A DNA stretch of 64,000 nucleotides, taken from NCBI GenBank assembly GCA_051883415.1, contig JBJETR010000041.1, positions 9,642-73,641 on the forward strand, written 5' to 3'. Below the pieces are notes generated by a model. That model did no database searches and was not told where the DNA came from. It was given only the letters and a program-made list of their open reading frames with translations. Source of the stretch: Christensenellales bacterium (GTDB lineage Bacteria > Bacillota > Clostridia > Christensenellales > UBA3700). How positions within the stretch are numbered: position 1 is the stretch's first letter; each line of letters starts with the position of its first letter. Position numbers and translations under genes: made by a program. Positions 10,991 to 20,974 of this stretch are shown here, piece by piece.

Positions 10991-11341
10991 TTATACCTTG
11001 ACTCCGACCACGTTGACAACGACACTCTCAACCCTCATACCGGTATAAGCTTCGACGTTGTATTTGACGGTCTCTTTGATGGAGTCAGTAACTGCCGTTA
11101 TGTTGACGCCCGCGCCAAGCACAACGAACATTTCGATGTTTATTTTGTTTTTGACTGTGGTAACTTTGACGCCTTTGCCGGCAATTTGTTTGTTAAAAAG
11201 CGATTTGATGCTGTCGGTCAAAGTTCTTGAAACCAAATCCATGACTCCATAGCAGTCCATACAAGCATTGGACGCTGTCATGGCAATGGCAGAGTCGGTG
11301 ATAACAATCTTTCCGTAATAATTAGAAGTCGTCACAGCCAT
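10991..11341 (-). CDS. yloU: Asp23/Gls24 family protein (YloU)
   Basis: CYGV and VKYNVEAYTG motifs; located between fakA and rpmB. Confidence 0.88.
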   Translation of the reverse strand: MAVTTSNYYGKIVITDSAIAMTASNACMDCYGVMDLVSRTLTDSIKSLFNKQIAGKGVKVTTVKNKINIEMFVVLGAGVNITAVTDSIKETVKYNVEAYTGMRVESVVVNVVGVKV

Positions 11342-11347
11342 AGTATT

Positions 11348-11376
11348 ATTTTACACTTATGAATACTTATTTGCAA
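11348..11376 (-). promoter_or_regulatory. sigmaA promoter predicting a leaderless yloU-fakA mRNA
   Basis: TTGCAA-N17-TAAAAT, then 6 nt to ATG with no SD. Confidence 0.6.
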
Positions 11377-11520
11377 GCATTTTGGATAATTTAACGCTTT
11401 GCATTATTATTTTATCTATATTTAGTAAAAAAAATTAAAAAATCGTTCAATTTTTCTTGCGTTATTTTTCGGTTGATGATAAGATTACTATTGCAAGATT
11501 TCTAGCAGGAGGTATAGTAT

Positions 11521-11712
11521 ATGTCAAGAGTATGTGCAATTTGCGGAAAAGGACAACAAACAGGCAACCTCGTTAGCCACTCCAACCGTAAAAGCAGAAC
11601 AGCGTGGAGAGCCAACGTTCAAAAGGTGAAAGTTGTCAAAGAAAACGGCGCTACCGAGAGTATGTACGTCTGCACAAGATGTTTGCGTAGCGGTAACGTA
11701 GAACGCGCTTAA
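11521..11712 (+). CDS. rpmB: 50S ribosomal protein L28 (two CxxC)
   Basis: MSRVCAICGK...VSHSNRK...VCTRCLRS; SD GGAGG. Confidence 0.97.
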   Translation: MSRVCAICGKGQQTGNLVSHSNRKSRTAWRANVQKVKVVKENGATESMYVCTRCLRSGNVERA

Positions 11713-11727
11713 TTATTCTGCACAATA

Positions 11728-11756
11728 GAGGACGCCTGTTCAGGCGTCTTTTTTTA
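11728..11756 (+). terminator. rpmB terminator
   Basis: GGACGCCTG-TT-CAGGCGTCT followed by T-run. Confidence 0.8.
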
Positions 11757-11899
11757 TTTTAAACACAAAGAACAAGGAACTTAAAATAGCGTAGCGATAG
11801 GAAAATTCCACAAAAATAAGAAAAATATAATCTAGCTCCTACACCTTGCATTGCAAAGAAGTGAGCTTTTTGATTATTATAATGTTTGCGTTGAAAACA

Positions 11900-12065
11900 G
11901 CGATATTTCGGCTTTTAGTCGAAATGATATAATATTAAACTTAACTTTCCCGATAGGGAAAATATCACTTTACTTTTATGCAAAATATCGCGCCAAAGGC
12001 ATATCACTTGCCGCAAGGCAAATATAGTTGTGGCGCAGCGATAAATCATATCGCTACGCCACTAT
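11900..12065. repeat. Array of short hairpins spaced by ATATC/GATAT units (REP/MITE-like)
   Basis: Hairpins TTTCGGC/GTCGAAA, TTTCCC-GATA-GGGAAA, GCC-AAA-GGC, TTGCC-GCAA-GGCAA and TGGCGCAGCGATA/TATCGCTACGCCA. Confidence 0.55.
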
Positions 12066-12077
12066 GCCCCGTATTTT

Positions 12078-12161
12078 TTATCTTATCAGACACTTTTTAG
12101 GTACTATCAGCCTCAACATTTTTTTGATTAGCTTAGGCGGATTGATACATATTATTCTCAT
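12078..12161 (-). CDS. spoVM: SpoVM-like 27-aa amphipathic peptide (not in ORF track)
   Basis: Hand translation MRIICINPPKLIKKMLRLIVPKKCLIR; SD GGAGG; Pro at position 9; position between rpe and rpmB as in B. subtilis. Confidence 0.75.
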   Translation of the reverse strand: MRIICINPPKLIKKMLRLIVPKKCLIR

Positions 12162-12205
12162 AGCACACCTCCATTGTACAAGGTATGCCGGCAACTAAAT
12201 ATTTG

Positions 12206-12856
12206 TTAATTCAAACAATTCTTGATATCATTAATTGCTTGTGCCGGATCGGACGCACCAAACACGCTGCTACCAGCAACAGCCACGTCAACTCCTCTCT
12301 TAGCCATTTCTTTGACGTTGGAGACGGTGACGCCCCCGTCGAGTTCTATCAAAAATCTACCTTGCGATATTTCTTTTAGTCTATCTATCTTGTCGAGTAC
12401 GCTAGTGATAAACTTTTGACCGCCAAAACCGGGGAACACTCCCATAAGCATAACCACGTCAACCTTGTCTACGTAAGGCAATATCGTATCTACCTCGATA
12501 TCGGGATTGAGCACAAGCCCTGCCTTTTTGCCTTGAGCCCTTATGTAATCGAGCGTTTCGCCTACGTTAGCACAAGTCTCTGCATGAAAGGTCACCACGT
12601 CGGCGCCTGCCTCGATAAATCTCGGAATATAGGTTTCGGGACTATCAATCATGAGGTGCACGTCAAGCACCATATCAGTCTCTTTTCTGATAGCCTTGAC
12701 CATTGGCATGCCAAAGGTGATATTAGGCACGAATTTGCCGTCCATTACGTCACAATGTACCCAATCGGCGCCCCATTTTTTTAGATTCTTTACAGCTTCG
12801 CCCATATAGGCAAAGTCAGCCGACAAAATCGACGGCGCAACTAGTATCTCAGTCAT
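12206..12856 (-). CDS. rpe: Ribulose-phosphate 3-epimerase
   Basis: APSILSADF, HCDVMDG, PGFGGQKF and DGG motifs. Confidence 0.96.
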   Translation of the reverse strand: MTEILVAPSILSADFAYMGEAVKNLKKWGADWVHCDVMDGKFVPNITFGMPMVKAIRKETDMVLDVHLMIDSPETYIPRFIEAGADVVTFHAETCANVGETLDYIRAQGKKAGLVLNPDIEVDTILPYVDKVDVVMLMGVFPGFGGQKFITSVLDKIDRLKEISQGRFLIELDGGVTVSNVKEMAKRGVDVAVAGSSVFGASDPAQAINDIKNCLN

Positions 12857-13742
12857 ATCTTTTTTCCCATCTCCTTTTTATATCCTTATACAATCGAATA
12901 TACCTTTCGTATCTTTCTCTAGACAATTTGCCTTGCTCTACGGCAATCTTGACTCCGCATATTTCTTCGTCGCTGTGCGTACAGCTTCTAAATTTGCAAT
13001 CTACCGCAAACTCATCGAAGTCGGTATAATATCGGTGCAGCGACATAGGATCGACTAGCGGCATCTCTAACATGCTAAACCCGCAAGTGTCGGCAATCTT
13101 TGTGCCGTCCTCAAGCTCTATTATCTCAACGTGACGAGTGGTATTTTTGCCTCTCTCTCCCTTTTTGGACAGCTCTCCAACCTTCATCATCTGCTGACCG
13201 CAAATAGTGTTGACAAGTGACGACTTGCCTACCGCCGACTGTCCCGCAAGGCATACGTATCTACCTCTTATCTTATCCATAAGTAGGTCGATGCCTTGCC
13301 CCGTCCGAGTACTGATGATGATAATATCCGCCATATCTTGATAGTCTTGGACAACCTGTTGCAGTACGTCCTCAGCCCCCTCAAGGTCCGCCTTGTTGAC
13401 GCAAATTATCGGATCTACACCCTGCTCGGCAGCACCAATGATGAGTTTGTCCACCAACAACATATCGGGCTTTGGCACCGGTGCAAGCACAATTACGATA
13501 GCCTCAATATTGCTTATATATGGTCTGACAAGCATACTCTTGCGAGGCAAGACCTCTTCGATCACGCCCTCTTTGTCCGCCACCACCGACACCATATCGC
13601 CGATGTATATTTCGCCACCACGTTTGAGTTTGCCTCTGGCAAAGCACTTGAATATCTCGCCTTGCTCCGTCTTGACGGTATATATGCCTCCCATTCCTTT
13701 GACGACTTGTCCTACAACCTTCTTTTTGATATTACACCTCAC
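12849..13742 (-). CDS. rsgA: Ribosome small subunit-dependent GTPase (CpgA)
   Basis: NKAD, GQSAVGKSS, GKNTTR motifs and CKFRSCTH zinc finger. Confidence 0.95.
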   Translation of the reverse strand: MRCNIKKKVVGQVVKGMGGIYTVKTEQGEIFKCFARGKLKRGGEIYIGDMVSVVADKEGVIEEVLPRKSMLVRPYISNIEAIVIVLAPVPKPDMLLVDKLIIGAAEQGVDPIICVNKADLEGAEDVLQQVVQDYQDMADIIIISTRTGQGIDLLMDKIRGRYVCLAGQSAVGKSSLVNTICGQQMMKVGELSKKGERGKNTTRHVEIIELEDGTKIADTCGFSMLEMPLVDPMSLHRYYTDFDEFAVDCKFRSCTHSDEEICGVKIAVEQGKLSRERYERYIRLYKDIKRRWEKRYD

Positions 13743-14772
13743 CGGATATATATTTTCTTCTAAGCTGACCGCATGCGCCGTCTATATCTGAGCCCATACT
13801 TCTACGAATGGTGCAACTAACGCCGTTTTTCTCCAGCCTTTGCTTAAACTTCTTTATTCTCTCATCATTAGAGCCGTCAAGTCCCTTTTCTTTGACGTAG
13901 TTGAGCCTAATTAAATTGATATGACAAGGCAATCCCTTGACGAGTCTAGACAGTTCGTCGGCACATTCTACGCTGTCGTTGAGTCCGTCCACCATAGAGT
14001 ACTCGAAGATTATTCTTCTACCGCTCTTGTCAAAATAATATTTGACGGCTTGGATAATGTCCTTGACACCGTATTTGTTGGCAACGGGCATAATCTTTTT
14101 TCTAATCTCGTCGTTGGGCGCGTGCAATGATATTGTCAACGTTATACCGTAGTTTTCGTCGGCAAGTCGCTTGATTTTTTCGCACAGTCCGCACGTTGAG
14201 AGCGATACGTTTCTTCTCGATATGTTCAAACCCTTGGTATCACTCACCAATCTCAAAAACTTGGTAGTGTTATCATAGTTGTCCAAAGGCTCGCCGCTAC
14301 CCATAAGCACGATATTGGTTATTGCTCTCTTGTCGTCCGACTTATTGTCGCGATTGACGGCAACCACTTGCGACAATATTTCTCCCGCAGTGAGGTTGCG
14401 AACCAGCCCGCCGAGCCCCGAAGCGCAAAAGGCACAATTCATTCTACACCCCACCTGCGTAGACACGCATATCGTGTTGCCGTACTTATATTTCATCAAC
14501 ACGCCCTCGATGACGTTGTTGTCCCACAGCCTAAATAGATATTTTCTCGTTCCGTCTATCTTAGACTCTACGCAATGCACGATTTCCACGCCTTGTGCCG
14601 TATATCCATCGTCTTTCAAGTGGTTTATCAAAGACTTGGGCAAGTTGATCTCATCGAGCCGTGCGCCCCTATAAAGCCCGTCAAACAGTTGGGTAGCACG
14701 ATAACCGGCTTCCCCCGCTTGAGTTACTATATTTTTGATTTCTTCAAAGGTATAGTCGAGCAATATCTTCAT
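13732..14772 (-). CDS. rlmN: Radical SAM 23S rRNA/tRNA methyltransferase
   Basis: STQVGCRMNCAFC, MGSGEP and GACGQL motifs. Confidence 0.95.
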   Translation of the reverse strand: MKILLDYTFEEIKNIVTQAGEAGYRATQLFDGLYRGARLDEINLPKSLINHLKDDGYTAQGVEIVHCVESKIDGTRKYLFRLWDNNVIEGVLMKYKYGNTICVSTQVGCRMNCAFCASGLGGLVRNLTAGEILSQVVAVNRDNKSDDKRAITNIVLMGSGEPLDNYDNTTKFLRLVSDTKGLNISRRNVSLSTCGLCEKIKRLADENYGITLTISLHAPNDEIRKKIMPVANKYGVKDIIQAVKYYFDKSGRRIIFEYSMVDGLNDSVECADELSRLVKGLPCHINLIRLNYVKEKGLDGSNDERIKKFKQRLEKNGVSCTIRRSMGSDIDGACGQLRRKYISGEV

Positions 14773-14781
14773 GTTATATCA

Positions 14782-16038
14782 TTACTCCGTCTTAGATAAG
14801 TCTTGTTTTCTTGCCAGAACCGCCACAAAAAAGCCGTCGGTGCCTTGGTCGTCTGGCAAATATTGCTTAGAACTCTCCACCGTCCATTCGGGGTTTTCTT
14901 TGACAAATCTACCTACGATATTGTAGTTTTCTTCTCTAAGCAAAGTGCAGGTAGAATATATCACCTTTCCGCCCATTTTGGCGTATTTGCAGGCATTGGT
15001 AAGCAAAGCGTATTGAGTCTTGGTCAACTCTTCCACGCCCTGCATATCCAGGCTAAGGTATATATCAGGTTTCTTTTTGGCTATACCAAGTCCGCTACAA
15101 GGCACGTCGCACAGCACCTTGTCAAAAAGTCCTTCGAATCCCGCCATATATTGCGTAGAATCTTGTTCCATCACCGATATCCCGCTCGCTTGCATACGCT
15201 TGATATAGGATTGTATAAGTTCCACTCTATGAGGATGAAGCTCGCACGCAACGACCTCAACGTTGGGTGCTTGTTCGGCTATATACAACGATTTGCCCCC
15301 GGGTGCCGCACACATATCCAGTACCTTATCTCCACTCCTAATTCGCATTGCTTGCACACAACGCATAGAAGTCACCGATTGTATCGTAATCAAGCCGTTG
15401 TTGAATAGGTCTCTCAGCTTCTTGTCGTTCTTTACCCACATACCGCCACAGTCAGACAAACGGTATTTTATATCCTTGCGATCGCATATTTCACGCAAAT
15501 GTTTAAAGCTCGTGAGTCTGGTATTAGGGCGAATATGTTCTTCTTGCACGCTATTTGAAAGCAAAAACCCTTTGGTCGTATCAAAGCCGTATTGCTTGAC
15601 GTATTTGTTTACTATCCATAGCGGAACAGATGCTTCTACCGCCAATCTCTCCACCCTGTCCTCAGGCAAAGACGGTTTGTTTGCAATATAGTTTTTGAGC
15701 AAACTGTTGACAAAGCCTTTGAGTTGACGTTTGCCTATAAAAGCCGTCAAATCCACCATATTGTCCACTACCGCATAGTTAGGCATAGAATCCATATAAC
15801 TAAGGCAATACATCCCCATTTTGAGCACAATTACCACGCTCGCTTGCGGACGCTTTTTGGCAAGGCAGGACAGATAATATTCGAGTTCCACGTTTCTTTC
15901 CAACACGCCGTACACAAGTTTTGTCACCCAAGCGGCATTGTTGGCGTAGCCCAACTTTTTGCTCAGTTCTATCGATCCAAACGCCTTGTTTTTGAATATA
16001 TTAGACAATACGTCGTAGCTAAGTTGTATATCACTCAT
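14782..16038 (-). CDS. rsmB: 16S rRNA m5C967 methyltransferase (Sun)
   Basis: NusB-like N-terminus; DMCAAPGGK, DVPCSG and YSTC motifs. Confidence 0.93.
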   Translation of the reverse strand: MSDIQLSYDVLSNIFKNKAFGSIELSKKLGYANNAAWVTKLVYGVLERNVELEYYLSCLAKKRPQASVVIVLKMGMYCLSYMDSMPNYAVVDNMVDLTAFIGKRQLKGFVNSLLKNYIANKPSLPEDRVERLAVEASVPLWIVNKYVKQYGFDTTKGFLLSNSVQEEHIRPNTRLTSFKHLREICDRKDIKYRLSDCGGMWVKNDKKLRDLFNNGLITIQSVTSMRCVQAMRIRSGDKVLDMCAAPGGKSLYIAEQAPNVEVVACELHPHRVELIQSYIKRMQASGISVMEQDSTQYMAGFEGLFDKVLCDVPCSGLGIAKKKPDIYLSLDMQGVEELTKTQYALLTNACKYAKMGGKVIYSTCTLLREENYNIVGRFVKENPEWTVESSKQYLPDDQGTDGFFVAVLARKQDLSKTE

Positions 16039-16949
16039 TGCACAATAGTTCCGTTTTGTATCTTTATGCCCGCAACAAAGCTTGCGGTATCCATTCTTCT
16101 TTTGCCTTCGAGTTGCACCTCGAGCGCTTCGATAGCACCGTCACCGCAACCTATTTTCATACTTTTGCCTATAATTTGGATTTCTCCGATTCCCAATTGG
16201 TCTTGGACAGCCTTTGCTCGCCAAATCTTGAAGATTTTGCCGTCGAGACGGCAGTATGCCGACGGCCAAGGATTCATTCCTCTAATTTTGCATACAATTT
16301 CTTTTGCACTACAATTCCAATCTATTTTGCCGTCCTCTTTGCTAAGCATCGGATAATGTGTAGCCTTGGAATGGTCTTGAGGAGTGAATACCGCTCGTCC
16401 GCTCTCAATAAGCTCTAAGCCCTCTACCAAAGCCTCCGCACCGAGTTTGGCAAGTCTATCGAAGAGTTCTCCCGCCGTCTCTTGCTCGCCGATATCTACG
16501 GACTTTTGGAGCAATACGTCTCCGCTATCCACTTGCAACGCCGTACGCATAATCGACACCCCCGTGTGCTTTTGCCCCGTCAAAATCGCCCATTGGATAG
16601 GGCTGGATCCTCTAAACAAGGGCAACAACGAAGCGTGCACGTTGATGACGCCATGCTTAGGAATATCGAGTATACTCTGCGAGATAATTTGTCCGTAAGC
16701 ACAGGTAACCATAACGTCGGGAGCAAGGCTAGCCAAAATTTCTTCTCCCTCATCTTTGATTTTTTGGAACTGCAAGACGTTGAGTCCTAAGTCGAGCGCC
16801 CGCTGTTTGACGGGGCTGAAAGTTATCTCTCGACGGTTGCGTTCTTTGTCGGGTTGAGTGACTACTGCCAATATCTCGTGTCCTGCGTCGTAGACTGCTT
16901 GGAGCGATTCTACCGCAAAGTCGGGAGTGCCCAAAAATACTATCTTCAT
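16035..16949 (-). CDS. fmt: Methionyl-tRNA formyltransferase
   Basis: FLGTPDFA, VTQPD and NVHASLLP motifs. Confidence 0.97.
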   Translation of the reverse strand: MKIVFLGTPDFAVESLQAVYDAGHEILAVVTQPDKERNRREITFSPVKQRALDLGLNVLQFQKIKDEGEEILASLAPDVMVTCAYGQIISQSILDIPKHGVINVHASLLPLFRGSSPIQWAILTGQKHTGVSIMRTALQVDSGDVLLQKSVDIGEQETAGELFDRLAKLGAEALVEGLELIESGRAVFTPQDHSKATHYPMLSKEDGKIDWNCSAKEIVCKIRGMNPWPSAYCRLDGKIFKIWRAKAVQDQLGIGEIQIIGKSMKIGCGDGAIEALEVQLEGKRRMDTASFVAGIKIQNGTIVQ

Positions 16950-17392
16950 TATTTCTTATACTCCTTGTCGTAGAAGAGTATGCCGTCGAGGTGGTCTATC
17001 TCGTGACAACATGCCCTAGCAATCAACTCCTCGGCTTGCAAAGACATATGATTGCCATATCTGTCTTGATATTCTACCGTAACTTTGTATGGTCTTGCCA
17101 CGTTACAGCTACGTCCCGGCACACTCAAACAGCCCTCGGGACCTACCTGCTCACCCTCGGTAGCCACTATGACGGGATTGACGAGTTCTACGTAGAAGTC
17201 GTCGACCTCGACCACCGCTAGTCTTCTATTGATACCCACTTGCGGTCCTGCCAAGCCAACTCCGTCGGCATCTATCATGGTTTGCCTCATATCGTCGAGC
17301 AACTTGCCCAATTTTGCATCAAAAACCGTTACTTCTCTGCTCTTTTTACGCAAAGAAGCTTGTCCGTCCTTTACAATATCTCTGAGTGCCAT
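16949..17392 (-). CDS. def: Peptide deformylase
   Basis: GVGLAGPQ, EGCLS and HEIDH motifs. Confidence 0.97.
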   Translation of the reverse strand: MALRDIVKDGQASLRKKSREVTVFDAKLGKLLDDMRQTMIDADGVGLAGPQVGINRRLAVVEVDDFYVELVNPVIVATEGEQVGPEGCLSVPGRSCNVARPYKVTVEYQDRYGNHMSLQAEELIARACCHEIDHLDGILFYDKEYKK

Positions 17393-17400
17393 ACTTCCTC

Positions 17401-19590
17401 CTAATTCATAGCTTTGGGATCAACCTCGACGAAAACCGAGGTATTTTTGACAGTATTGTCACCCGCCGCACGATATATCTCTTTTATTATTTCTCTTTCG
17501 TTTTGCCTCTTGAATCGGGCAATAATCTGATATCTATATTTGTTTTGTATCCTTGCTACGGGAGATTTCATAGCTTGCATATACAAAAAGTCGTCTTGTC
17601 TATTCTTATACAACTTTTGCATATCTGCGTACACGCCCTTAGCTAATTGAATAACCTTATCCTCGTCCTCACCGCTCATCAGCACCCTTACAATGGTAGA
17701 AAACGGCGGGAATTGAGCCGTCTTTCTATTATTTAACTCTTTGGCTATAAATCCCTCGTAATCGCCGTCCACGGCAAAACGATATACGTAATGGTTAGGC
17801 GAATAGGTCTGCAAAAAAACCCTGCCCGGCTTTTCTCCTCTACCAGCTCTACCCGCAATTTGCGTGACGAGTTGATACGTCCTTTCCTCCGACCTATATT
17901 CGGAATTATATAAGCTGATATCCGCATCGAGAATGCCTACGAGCGTCACGTTGCTAAAGTCATGCCCCTTGGCTATCATCTGCGTGCCCACCAAAATTTG
18001 TGCTTTTTGCGCCTCAAACGCAGACAAAATGTCCAGATAAGCCGTTTTGGTGGTGGTCGTTTCGTTATCCATTCTCAACACGCTGACGTCAGGAAGCATT
18101 TTCTTTATCTCTTCCACAACCCTTTGCGTGCCAACTTTACCGTATTTAATATTTTCGCTTCCGCATGACGGACAACGGTCGAGCATTCTATACCTTTTGC
18201 CACAATAGTGACATTTGAGAAGGTTGTCAGCCGAATGATAGGTAAGTGATACGTCGCAATCTTCGCACTTGGCAACGTATCCGCACTTACGACACATGAC
18301 GAAGGAGCTGTGACCTCTGCGATTGAGAAAAATCATCGCTTGTTCTCCACGTGATATAGTCTCGATGAGCGCCTTGCGTAACTGCACCGAAAAAATGCCT
18401 ACGTTGCCACCGATAATCTCTTGTGACATATCTACTATCTTGATTGTAGGCAAACCGTTAGAGCTTATTCTACGAGTCATTTTGACGAGTTGATATTCGC
18501 CGTCGGTCGCCAATTTGTAACTCTCAAGCGACGGTGTGGCACTGCCGAGTATTATCTTAGCACCGTTGTAGCTTGCCCTAAACTGCGCGATATCTATCGT
18601 CTTGTATCTTGGATTGGAATCGCTGACGTAACTGCCGTCATGCTCTTCGTCTATGATTATCAATCCGACGTTTTCGACAGGTGCAAAGATAGCCGATCTT
18701 GCACCCACTACGATTTTGGCTTGTCCATCGTGGAGCTTCTTCCATTCGTCGAATCTCTCTCCGTCCGATAGCCCGCTGTGTATCATAGCTACAGTGTCGC
18801 CAAAATAGGCTCTAAAGTTTTTGAGCATCTGCGGTGTAAGAGCAATCTCAGGGACGAGCATAATGCAACTTTTGCCTTGTTGAAGCATTCGAGATATGCT
18901 CTCTATGTACACCATAGTTTTACCCGAACCCGTCACGCCGTGCAAGAGAACAGTCGTCTTGTCGGTGTTCTCTATCACGCTCAAAGCTCGTAGCTGGTCG
19001 TCGCTAAGATTCACTTGTTTTTTTTGTCCGACTATCTCGCCAAAAGGCGTACGGGAGAGTTGCTTATTCTTCTTGACGACGATACCCGCCCTAAGTAGCG
19101 AGTTGACTGCCGAAGCTCCGAACTCATCGTTGATTTCACTCAAAAACCTACCGCCGTCTTTTAGACTATCTACGATTTGCTTTTGCGTTTTGGCTCTAGC
19201 CGACAACGACTCTACCGCATCTTGATAATCTATCGCAAGCTCTACAAATAGCCGTGTCAGTTCTTTGACTTTGCCACCTCTAAGTTTTGGAGGCAAAAAT
19301 AGCCTAAGGCTGTCGCAATATCTGATAAACATATTGTCTTTCATATATTGCATAAGCTCGAGCATCTCGGGTTTAACACAAGTAAAATCGTCCAATTTTC
19401 TTATTATGGGTTTTAGATTATCTCTGTCACTTCGCTCTACTATATCAATGCAAAAACCCTCAAGTCTTTGTGCTCCAAAGGGGACTAGCACTCTGTCGCC
19501 CTTGTTAAGACACAAATCTGAGGGGATGGAATAATCGAATATTTTGTCTACTTCTTGACTGCTTATATCTACGACAACCCTTGCTATCAT
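17401..19590 (-). CDS. priA: Primosomal protein N'
   Basis: GVTGSGKT, DEEH, four CxxC and QIAGRAGR. Confidence 0.97.
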   Translation of the reverse strand: MIARVVVDISSQEVDKIFDYSIPSDLCLNKGDRVLVPFGAQRLEGFCIDIVERSDRDNLKPIIRKLDDFTCVKPEMLELMQYMKDNMFIRYCDSLRLFLPPKLRGGKVKELTRLFVELAIDYQDAVESLSARAKTQKQIVDSLKDGGRFLSEINDEFGASAVNSLLRAGIVVKKNKQLSRTPFGEIVGQKKQVNLSDDQLRALSVIENTDKTTVLLHGVTGSGKTMVYIESISRMLQQGKSCIMLVPEIALTPQMLKNFRAYFGDTVAMIHSGLSDGERFDEWKKLHDGQAKIVVGARSAIFAPVENVGLIIIDEEHDGSYVSDSNPRYKTIDIAQFRASYNGAKIILGSATPSLESYKLATDGEYQLVKMTRRISSNGLPTIKIVDMSQEIIGGNVGIFSVQLRKALIETISRGEQAMIFLNRRGHSSFVMCRKCGYVAKCEDCDVSLTYHSADNLLKCHYCGKRYRMLDRCPSCGSENIKYGKVGTQRVVEEIKKMLPDVSVLRMDNETTTTKTAYLDILSAFEAQKAQILVGTQMIAKGHDFSNVTLVGILDADISLYNSEYRSEERTYQLVTQIAGRAGRGEKPGRVFLQTYSPNHYVYRFAVDGDYEGFIAKELNNRKTAQFPPFSTIVRVLMSGEDEDKVIQLAKGVYADMQKLYKNRQDDFLYMQAMKSPVARIQNKYRYQIIARFKRQNEREIIKEIYRAAGDNTVKNTSVFVEVDPKAMN

Positions 19591-20771
19591 AACTTGATTA
19601 TCTCGCTTGCTATCACGTGGGCAAGCTTACTCTTAAGCACCTTTTCACTCTCAAAAATCTTACCTTGGCTAGTAAAAATACTTATCACGTTGGTATCGCT
19701 ATCAAAGCCCGCCCCTTCCTTGGTCACGTCGTTTGCAACTACCATATCGGCATTTTTCTTGACTCTCTTTTGCTCGGCGTACTCGTCCAGATTGGTAGTT
19801 TCGGCACAAAAAATCACCAATTTTTTGTCGCCCTTTGCTCTACCTACAGCCTCGGCAATGTCGGGGTTCTTTTCCAACTCCAGCGTCACGCTATCGCCCT
19901 TGATTTTGTTGTCGTACCTATTCTTTGGTCTATAATCGCTAGGTGCCGCCGCCTTGATAACGACGTCGACGTCGCTCAAATTGTTCATCACGGCATCATA
20001 CATGTCTACCGTGGTCTTGACTCTCACCACTTGGTGCAGATAGTCGGGAATTTCTACGCTAACTATGCCCGCTACCAAAGTGACCTTTCCGCCTCTCCTG
20101 GTAATGGCTTTGGCTAGTTCTATACCCATTTTTCCGCTTGAGCGATTGGTTATAAAGCGTACTCCGTCGATATTCTCTTGAGTTGCGCCTGCAGTAACCA
20201 GCACTCTTTTGCCTGCATAATCTTGCTTAGGTAATACCGTCTTGATTACCACGTCTACTATATCGCTCGGCTGGGCCATCTTACCTCGTCCGCTGTCGCC
20301 GCACGCAAGTCTACCCTCTATCGCATCTACAAAAATATATCCCTTGTCTTTGAGAGTAGCTATATTGCTCTGTGTGGTAGGATTGTCGTACATTGCCGTA
20401 TTCATTGCGGGTGCAATGATGACGGGGCATTTGAGTGCAAGTACCGTGGTTGTAAGCATATCGTCCGCCACTCCCGTGGCAAGCTTGGCAATCACGTTGG
20501 CTGTCGCAGGGGCTATCACGCATACGTCGGCTTTTTTGGCAAGCGAAATATGTTCAACTTCCCACTCTCGGTCACGGTTGAACATGTCGCTTACGCAAGG
20601 TCTGTTTGACAATGTTTCAAAGGTGAGAGGCGCAACAAATTGGGTGGCATTGGCGGTCATAACGACGTCGACGCCCGCCTCCAACTTTTTGAGCCTTGAC
20701 ACTATCTCACAAGACTTGTAACAGGCTATTCCACCCGTAACTCCTAGTAATACGTTGATACCCTTAAGCAT
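19587..20771 (-). CDS. coaBC: Phosphopantothenoylcysteine decarboxylase/ligase
   Basis: TGGIACYK, APAMN, LACGDSG and NRSSGKMG motifs. Confidence 0.96.
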   Translation of the reverse strand: MLKGINVLLGVTGGIACYKSCEIVSRLKKLEAGVDVVMTANATQFVAPLTFETLSNRPCVSDMFNRDREWEVEHISLAKKADVCVIAPATANVIAKLATGVADDMLTTTVLALKCPVIIAPAMNTAMYDNPTTQSNIATLKDKGYIFVDAIEGRLACGDSGRGKMAQPSDIVDVVIKTVLPKQDYAGKRVLVTAGATQENIDGVRFITNRSSGKMGIELAKAITRRGGKVTLVAGIVSVEIPDYLHQVVRVKTTVDMYDAVMNNLSDVDVVIKAAAPSDYRPKNRYDNKIKGDSVTLELEKNPDIAEAVGRAKGDKKLVIFCAETTNLDEYAEQKRVKKNADMVVANDVTKEGAGFDSDTNVISIFTSQGKIFESEKVLKSKLAHVIASEIIKL

Positions 20772-20773
20772 AC

Positions 20774-20974
20774 TTATACGTTTTCTCTCTTGACTACGAT
20801 TTTGCCTTCGTAAATCTCTTTGGCTGCAATAGAGATGGACTTTTCGCCCGTATCTTGGTAGAGATTAGGATTTTGGCTATCGAGCTGTCTTGCTCTCTTG
20901 GCTACTGCGCACACGAGAGCATATCTGCACTCTGCTTTTTTGATAAGTTTGTCGATTGGTGGATCTATCATCAT
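20774..20974 (-). CDS. rpoZ: RNA polymerase omega subunit
   Basis: RYALVCAVAKRARQL; located between gmk and coaBC. Confidence 0.92.
   Translation of the reverse strand: MMIDPPIDKLIKKAECRYALVCAVAKRARQLDSQNPNLYQDTGEKSISIAAKEIYEGKIVVKRENV

Noticed and set aside
12170-12205. sigmaE promoter for spoVM
   Set aside because: A CATACCTT -10-like box is present but the -35 spacing is not convincing by eye
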